DNA of 32,000 bases, taken from positions 1 through 32,000 of the forward strand of contig NZ_JAYKGW010000017.1 in NCBI RefSeq assembly GCF_035285525.1, given 5' to 3'. The notes under the pieces were generated by a model. The model ran no database searches. It was not told the DNA's origin and saw nothing but the letters and a program-made list of their open reading frames with translations. Position 1 is the stretch's first letter; every line of letters begins with the position of its first letter. The position numbers and the translations under genes are program-made. Of the stretch, positions 26,476 through 32,000 are shown in pieces. Origin of the DNA: Okeania sp. (GTDB lineage Bacteria; Cyanobacteriota; Cyanobacteriia; Cyanobacteriales; Microcoleaceae).

Positions 26476-26519
26476 AGAAACCCGGTTTCTTGGAGAAACC
26501 GGGTTTCTTTTTTTTTTTT
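26476..26519 (+). terminator. Strong intrinsic-terminator-like structure oriented antisense to the operon
   Basis: agaaacccggtttct (26476-26490), tgg, agaaaccgggtttct (26494-26508): a 15-bp perfect stem followed by an 11-12 nt T-run on the + strand. Confidence 0.5.
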
Positions 26520-26706
26520 GGAAACCGGGTTTCTTTGAGTAGGGAGTAGAAAGTAGGAAATAGTGCGACCATCTTGCTCGCGTTTGATAGAGTAAGAAAT
26601 AGTGTGACCATCTTGCTCGCGTTTGATAGAGTAGGTTAGGGGTTTGGTCTCCAAACCCAAGCATTAAGGGATGATATCTAGTTATTAGCATTCAGTCTAG
26701 TTTAAT

Positions 26707-27204
26707 CTAGTTTTTTTCTATGTATTCAATAATTGCTTCAACATCTAAAATCATCTTTCTTTCTCCTGTTGAATTAGTGCAAGTTCCTAGAATAAATTGT
26801 TCTACAAGTGAATCTTTTTTCTCTTTTTTTATAGCACTAATATTTTGACTTTCAATGTCAATCAAGTTACCTACTTTTTGCACTAATATACCCAGATAAC
26901 TATCTCGAAATTTTACTTTGATTACCCGAAATTTTTGTTGATAGTATCCAGTAGAGAGCAAAGGTTCAAAACCCATCAAATAAGCTAGATCAATTAACCA
27001 GAGAATTTCGCCTTGCCACTGAAACACTCCTACAACTACAGTTGGCATACCCGGTATTTGTAAAATTGTTCTCTGGTCTAGGGTAATCACTTCATTCAGC
27101 TCACGGGTAGATAATATAACCTCTAATGTTTTAGTAACTTCTAAAGATATAAATTGTTTACTACTACTGATTGTTTGGGAACCGTATGATGCTTGTTTTG
27201 ACAT
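26707..27204 (-). CDS. pixI: CheW-like coupling protein (PixI-like)
   Basis: 165 aa, a single CheW domain pattern (VVGVFQWQGEILWLIDLAYLMG ... ILDVEAI). Confidence 0.85.
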   Translation of the reverse strand: MSKQASYGSQTISSSKQFISLEVTKTLEVILSTRELNEVITLDQRTILQIPGMPTVVVGVFQWQGEILWLIDLAYLMGFEPLLSTGYYQQKFRVIKVKFRDSYLGILVQKVGNLIDIESQNISAIKKEKKDSLVEQFILGTCTNSTGERKMILDVEAIIEYIEKN

Positions 27205-27281
27205 TGGCTTTTTTCTATTTTTAGGGAGTAGGGAGTAGGGAGTAGAAAGTAGGTAATAGGCAATAGGGAACAGTTTAGAGT

Positions 27282-27408
27282 ATCTGCTACGGCCAAATTT
27301 TCTGACAATATGTCAAATCTTTACCATTTTGAGATAACAATAGCCAAAAAATAGGTACTTTTTTAGGCATCAATAAAAAGGCACTTACCTTGATCTGTTA
27401 ATGCTTTT
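27282..27408 (-). repeat. Dispersed ~125-bp repeat (reverse copy of 16561-16685)
   Basis: See 16561-16685. It lies in the cheW-cheY spacer next to a heptamer tract at 27223-27272. Confidence 0.6.
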
Positions 27409-27492
27409 ATATTTAATGAGCATAGCAATATTTATTGGTTGGCTTGGGCTTGGTTTTATTTAATTCTTTAGTGATTAAATACCTACCGTTTT

Positions 27493-27861
27493 TCAAGCGA
27501 CCAATTTTTCTAAAGTTGCCACAAGTTTCTCTTGATCAACTGGTTTAGTAACATAAGCAGATGCTCCCTGCTTCATCCCCCATTTTTGATCTATTTTCTC
27601 TGATTTACTAGAACAAATAATAATCGGGATATTCGCTGTATTTTCTTGATTTTTTAGTTCTCTACATAAACTATAACCGCTTTGACCAGGAAGCACAATA
27701 TCCATTAAAATCGCATCAAAATTTTTTTGCCCCAATATAGCTTTAGCTGCTTCTGCTGTAGTTACGCTCAAGACATCATATCCTGATTTTTTTAAATAGT
27801 CAGTCAAGATAGTAGCTTCTGTTGGACTATCTTCTACAATTAAAACATTTTTTTTTACCAT
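27493..27861 (-). CDS. pixH: Single-domain CheY-like response regulator (PixH-like)
   Basis: Receiver motifs VLIVEDS, ILMDIVLPGQSG, IIICSS, YVTKP. I prefer the ATG at 27861 (MVKKNVL, aagga ~10 nt upstream) to the TTG at 27882 used by the ORF track. Confidence 0.88.
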   Translation of the reverse strand: MVKKNVLIVEDSPTEATILTDYLKKSGYDVLSVTTAEAAKAILGQKNFDAILMDIVLPGQSGYSLCRELKNQENTANIPIIICSSKSEKIDQKWGMKQGASAYVTKPVDQEKLVATLEKLVA

Positions 27862-28445
27862 TGCTGATCTTTTCCTTATCAATACTAATTTAATAATAAA
27901 TTCTTGTTAATTAATATTATTAATATTTAGACAAAAATTTATTTTTCTTCATAATACAATATTAATTACTAAGTTGCATCTTCCCAATTGTTTTTCCTGC
28001 TTCTCTGGTGTAGCTTATAGGAATTTCCATACTTAGGGTTTGCGCTTCTTCAGTCTTTTTAAGAAGATGGGGTGATAGGGTGATGGGGAGTAAATTTTTG
28101 TGCCCAACTATGCGCCCAAAATAATAAATTTTTGAGTATGAATAGCTCAAATAAGCTGATTTTTTTAAGGTGTAAAAAAGCTAAAACTTTTATCTGTCAA
28201 GGTTTTTATCTTTAATTAGTAGGAAATTAGGCTTTAGGGAAAAATAGTACAGTCTCCAACGACAAGTAGCAAAGAGTTATGACATTAGTCGAGAGGCTTT
28301 GCTAGAGCGATTATCCTTGCTAACAACTGCTTTTCATCCCCTGAAAAGGGAAGGCTTGAGACCTTATTTTTTGGTCAAACGATATAGTCGAGTTTATTAA
28401 CATATTTTAATTATATAAGCAATAGTAATATTGACTGATTTTTGA

Positions 28446-29732
28446 TTAGGAAAATTTGGGAGCGACAGACAAATATTTTTCGATCATTTTTAAAATTTCT
28501 TCTGGTTCACCAGGTTTGTGCAAAAATCCAACAGCTCCCATTAATTTAGCCCGACTCCTATCTATTAAATTATTCCGACTGGTAAAGATGATTATTGGTA
28601 TTTTGGCAAATACTGGTGCATTTCGTAAAAATTGATAAACAGTATAACCATTAGCATCAGGCATTTCTAAGTCAAGAAAAATTAAATCTGGTTTTTCTTC
28701 AGCAATTTTTACCAGTCCTTTGACTGGATCTTGTACATCCATCAACTCATATCCAGTAGGTTCAATAATTTTTCTTAATCTTTCAGCAACTACTATACTG
28801 TCATCAATACAAGCAATTAATGGCTTTTTTTTAGTAGTAATCTGGTCTTTATTTTCCTCATTTTCTTGAGCATCAGTTAAATGTAATTGAAAATTCGGTT
28901 TTGGTAAATCGGGAATTTCTTGTAGTTCTACAAAGTTTTTTTTGATTAAGGGAAGTAAAGCTTTACTGACAGTTAATACTGTTTTTTTTAGTTTACAGGA
29001 AATATCCCACAAAGTTAAATCCCCCTTTAAGTATTGAATTTGATTAGATAAAACTTTTGAATCAACAGATTTTTTCAATATAGGAACAAGATTGGGGTTA
29101 AAATTTTCTAAACCTGCTCTTTTCGAGAAATATTGCATTTGAGCAACTTTTGTTAAAATTTTTTCTATTTCCCAATAAGACAGAGATAAACCAAGGGATA
29201 ATTCTGAGCGACTATCATCATTTTTTTTCCATTGATATGTTAAATCTAGACAATGACTCATGGAAAAGAATATTTCTAAGGTGACAGTGCTAATCACTGC
29301 TTTAGCTTGAGAAACAGTGATTTGATCTTTCCTAATTCCATCATATAGAAGTAAATATTCCCAAGGTTTGTCTGAATCTGATGGTATTGTTGAAGTTGCA
29401 CGATTCCAATGAGGACAGTAACATTTTACACATCGTTCCCAACGTCTGACTCTATGGATATCGCTAGTGGCATAGAGCAGTCTACCATAAAATAGGATGA
29501 GTCTTTCTTTTCTAGTAGGACTTTTTAACACTAGAGTCCCTATTGCCTTATCTTGAGCAAGTATATTTAGTTTTTGTGCTAATTGAATTAATTGTTTGTT
29601 GCCAGACATGAATTTTAAATTCTTAACACTATCATGAGAAGAATCTTCGGGCTTTGTATCTGTCATAGTATTGTTATGAAAAGAATCTTCAGGCTTGGTA
29701 TTTTTCATAACATTCTTGGTGGCCATATACAT
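28446..29732 (-). CDS. pixG: PatA-type response regulator (N-terminal PATAN domain plus C-terminal receiver), PixG-like
   Basis: 428 aa. The PATAN-like region is GTLVLKSPTRKERLILFYGRLLYATSDIHRVRRWERC. The C-terminal REC is IACIDDS...FLDLEMPDANG...IIIFTSRN...LHKP. The N-terminus carries a 14-codon tandem duplication. Confidence 0.85.
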   Translation of the reverse strand: MYMATKNVMKNTKPEDSFHNNTMTDTKPEDSSHDSVKNLKFMSGNKQLIQLAQKLNILAQDKAIGTLVLKSPTRKERLILFYGRLLYATSDIHRVRRWERCVKCYCPHWNRATSTIPSDSDKPWEYLLLYDGIRKDQITVSQAKAVISTVTLEIFFSMSHCLDLTYQWKKNDDSRSELSLGLSLSYWEIEKILTKVAQMQYFSKRAGLENFNPNLVPILKKSVDSKVLSNQIQYLKGDLTLWDISCKLKKTVLTVSKALLPLIKKNFVELQEIPDLPKPNFQLHLTDAQENEENKDQITTKKKPLIACIDDSIVVAERLRKIIEPTGYELMDVQDPVKGLVKIAEEKPDLIFLDLEMPDANGYTVYQFLRNAPVFAKIPIIIFTSRNNLIDRSRAKLMGAVGFLHKPGEPEEILKMIEKYLSVAPKFS

Positions 29733-29875
29733 ACTTTTAATCTATTGAGTTATTTAAATTGAAACGTTCATATCTACATTGATAACATTATTCTTTCTTT
29801 AATGTTAAGATTTGTTTACTTCTATTTAGTGATATTGATCGCTTGCAAATAGAACTCTGATTTTGAAACACTTGT

Positions 29876-29900
29876 TATAAAAGCTTCAGAAGCTTTTATA
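29876..29900. promoter_or_regulatory. Perfect 11-bp-arm palindrome upstream of the PatA-type gene
   Basis: tataaaagctt-cag-aagcttttata, ~145-170 nt upstream of the ATG at 29732. Confidence 0.3.
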
Positions 29901-30159
29901 CTACATTTTGCTGGTCAAGCCCCATATCTATTGTACCCAATAAAGGAAGGATAATTGAAAACCCTCCCTTTAATTACTTCTGAGTGGTTCCATAGGAGTT
30001 TTTTCTCAGGGGGGAGGTTAAGTTATACCCTACATACATTCCGCACGTCAAAATGTAGTATAAAATATAAGTCAAAATTCAAAAGTTATGCATTAAAAAG
30101 TAAATAGTTAATTCAGTATTTATGGTTAATATTTTCGTGAGAATTGGACTTGGAAGAAA

Positions 30160-30389
30160 GTTATAGCGCTGCTTTTAGGGAACAGGCAATAGGGAACAGG
30201 TATGGAGTAAAAATGAATAGCCTATAATATAAGGCTTTGAGCTGCTTGGACACCTCCGGCAATTTGTAAATATTAAGTGCGCACATTGCTATAAATAAAG
30301 ATAATTCGTACAGTATAAATACTTACTAAGCTACCGAATTATGATAATACTCTAGTGTTAGAAATTGACTTGCGGAACGTGGGTTATAC
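30160..30389 (-). repeat. Right arm of the ~235-bp inverted repeat pair
   Basis: Reverse complement aligns with 18565-18803. Confidence 0.75.
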
Positions 30390-30543
30390 TGCATGGCTAA
30401 TCTTAATTTACCTTTTTCTTAATTACCAAAAAGGGAGTAGGAAATAGGGAGTAGGAAGTAGGGAGTTACAGAGGAAGTAAATTGCTTCTACAAGAGTTAG
30501 GATAAAGAAAGAAGAAGAAATAATTTTGCGATGTTTTAAAAGC

Positions 30544-30634
30544 AGGACTAAAGCCATGAACCCTATCAGTAGGGTGTGTTAGCGGTAGTTTCACGGACAT
30601 AAACTCTATATATAGTGCCTCCCGTGTAAGTCCT
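30544..30634. mobile_element. MITE-like 91-bp element, copy 3 (degenerate TIRs aggactaaagcc / cgtgtaagtcct)
   Basis: Same size and outer aggact/agtcct termini as the copies at 202 and 12737. The internal tatatatag is shared with copy 1. Confidence 0.35.
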
Positions 30635-30838
30635 GAAAAGAACAAAAACTGAAACTCTCACTTCCAGTTAAGTTTTCTCTCAAAACTAAAATTTTGCGCC
30701 TCATAGCAATGGAAAGGACAGTATGACTGCGATCGCAACCAGTTGTATTTCCTGAAAGCACCTCAATAGTTACAGGAGTTATGCAAAGGAAAGACACTAT
30801 ATAGAACAGAACCCCTAACCAGATCTATAAAATTAGCT

Positions 30839-30866
30839 GGGGAGATGGGGAGATGGGGAGATGGGG
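30839..30866. repeat. Octamer tandem repeat (ggggagat x3.5)
   Basis: Read directly from the sequence. More gggagt/ggggag-type tracts lie at 30433-30467 and 31455-31500. Confidence 0.8.
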
Positions 30867-31943
30867 CTATTTTTCTACCTTTTTCCCCTCCACGGTCAGG
30901 GTTAGGGGTGGGTTGACTCCTGATATCAAATCCGCTGGCTTTGGAGAATAAAATTATACCATCAGAAAAGATCGAAAAGTCCTAGTTTGTAGAGGGTACG
31001 GTTCCCGAAAAATTGGAGACCAAACCCCTACATCTTTAATTTTACCGATACTATCGGATTTTATATGACTCCTGTATTTTGTCTCCTTCGCCAAAAATCC
31101 GCACATTTGCAGAGATACGGTTAGGGTTTCTACTTAATAGTTTGCTGAAAAAATATGAAAGCATTGATAGACAAAGCTTTTAAGAATTTTAAGTCTAGAA
31201 AAAGTGTCAGCTTTTAGGTCAAAAAGGTTTAAAAAGGAGCGCATTTTGGGTGCATAGTTGGGCAAAAAAAATTACTTGCTACCTCCCAATCACCCCATCT
31301 CCTTATCAAGACTTTTTCACCAGACCCTACATAGAGTATGGGTGCGTTACGCTCCGCTAACTCACCCTACTGGAATGAGACAGCTAAAAATGTAGGTTGG
31401 ATAGAACGAAGTGAAACCCAACTTACTGAACTGTTTCATCTAAAATGGTGCATTAGGGAGTCGGGGAGTAGGGGAGTAGAGGAGTCGGGGAATCGGGGAG
31501 AAAGATTATTGTAACCTACAGCTATTGCATCATTTAAGGTGAAACAATGCACTACTTTTATGGCACTATTTTAGATTTGTCAGTCTACTACTAATAGCTT
31601 TGGAAACTTCTGTAAGACGGAAGCTACCAATGATATCGCGTCAATAAACCATATGGCTACAACCAAAACTTAGTAGGGACATTCCATGGAACATCCCTAC
31701 TATAATCTACCGAAATGGAAACCACTATCAGATAATAGACATCTTCTATTGAGCCAAACTACATCGCCAAATTTTGTGTTATTCAAAGTTAGCAGAAAAG
31801 TTGAAGTATTTTGTCCGTTTACTAATTTATTATTAATTTATTATCTTTATGAGAAAGATATTCTAGTTATTTTCTCCCATCCTTCAACTCATCTTCTTTA
31901 TTTCCTATTATCTAATTCAAATAGAAAATTGCTGTATATATCC

Positions 31944-32000
31944 TTAGTCAATTACCCAATAGCCATTTTTTCGCCAATATTGTTCTTTTAAAGCTACTTC
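31944..32000 (-). CDS. 3' end of a minus-strand gene running off the window (product unknown)
   Basis: The minus frame reads EVALKEQYWRKNGYWVID* with the stop at 31944-31946. Only 18 codons are visible. Confidence 0.3.
   Translation of the reverse strand, partial: EVALKEQYWRKNGYWVID

Noticed and set aside
26395-26691. Two overlapping minus-strand ORFs (98 and 63 aa) in the cheW-pixJ spacer
   Set aside because: They consist entirely of tandem hairpin repeats; the peptide repeats YQTRARWSHYFLL match the agtgcgaccatcttgctcgc units. This is repeat-derived, not coding.
27962-28150. 62-aa minus-strand ORF in the PatA-CheY spacer
   Set aside because: It overlaps a ggtgata-type short repeat tract, has no RBS and shows no recognisable motif.
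30606-30797. 63-aa minus-strand ORF
   Set aside because: Its 3' part lies inside the third MITE-like element, and no start context is present.
31686-31991. 101-aa plus-strand ORF at the right edge
   Set aside because: Its ATG sits in the loop of a gtagggac...atccctac hairpin repeat, the peptide is low-complexity, and its 3' end overlaps a more protein-like minus-strand reading (..EQYWRKNGYWVID*).

Overview
Chromosomal window from a filamentous, probably heterocyst-forming (Nostocales-type) cyanobacterium. Supporting marks are HIP1 octamers (GCGATCGC) inside the core genes, STRR-like 7-9 bp tandem tracts, many small hairpin repeats in the spacers, and psaC. Content from left to right: an eroded hicAB pair; cofG (radical SAM); a 228-aa protein built from four internal repeats; tRNA-Val(GAC); a GT39/PMT-type membrane glycosyltransferase; a 1.5-kb ORF-free AT-rich spacer; a gene fusing four EF-hands to a SAM methyltransferase. 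Next comes a 3-kb minus-strand array of duplicated and partly decayed cassettes (small membrane protein, ~96-aa acidic protein, PIN/VapC nuclease). This is followed by the conserved acpP-fabF-tkt cluster with repeat-swollen spacers, an HdrB-like CCG-domain protein and psaC. A five-gene phototaxis-type chemosensory locus then runs on the minus strand: PatA-type regulator, CheY, CheW, a soluble MCP with five cyanobacteriochrome-type GAF domains, and a hybrid CheA. It has the order of Synechocystis pixGHIJL and resembles the Nostoc punctiforme ptx locus. Four candidates deserve follow-up. (1) The three-gene membrane-protein/acidic-protein/PIN cassette array and its pattern of divergence and decay. 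(2) The pix-like locus is bracketed by a ~235-bp inverted repeat pair and by a 30-bp direct repeat, and its intergenic spacers are filled with modular hairpin repeats. (3) The EF-hand-methyltransferase fusion. (4) A compact sRNA-like unit (TCCGGA box, TAGAAT, hairpin plus T-run) downstream of psaC. All family assignments come from motif recognition by eye; no searches were run.
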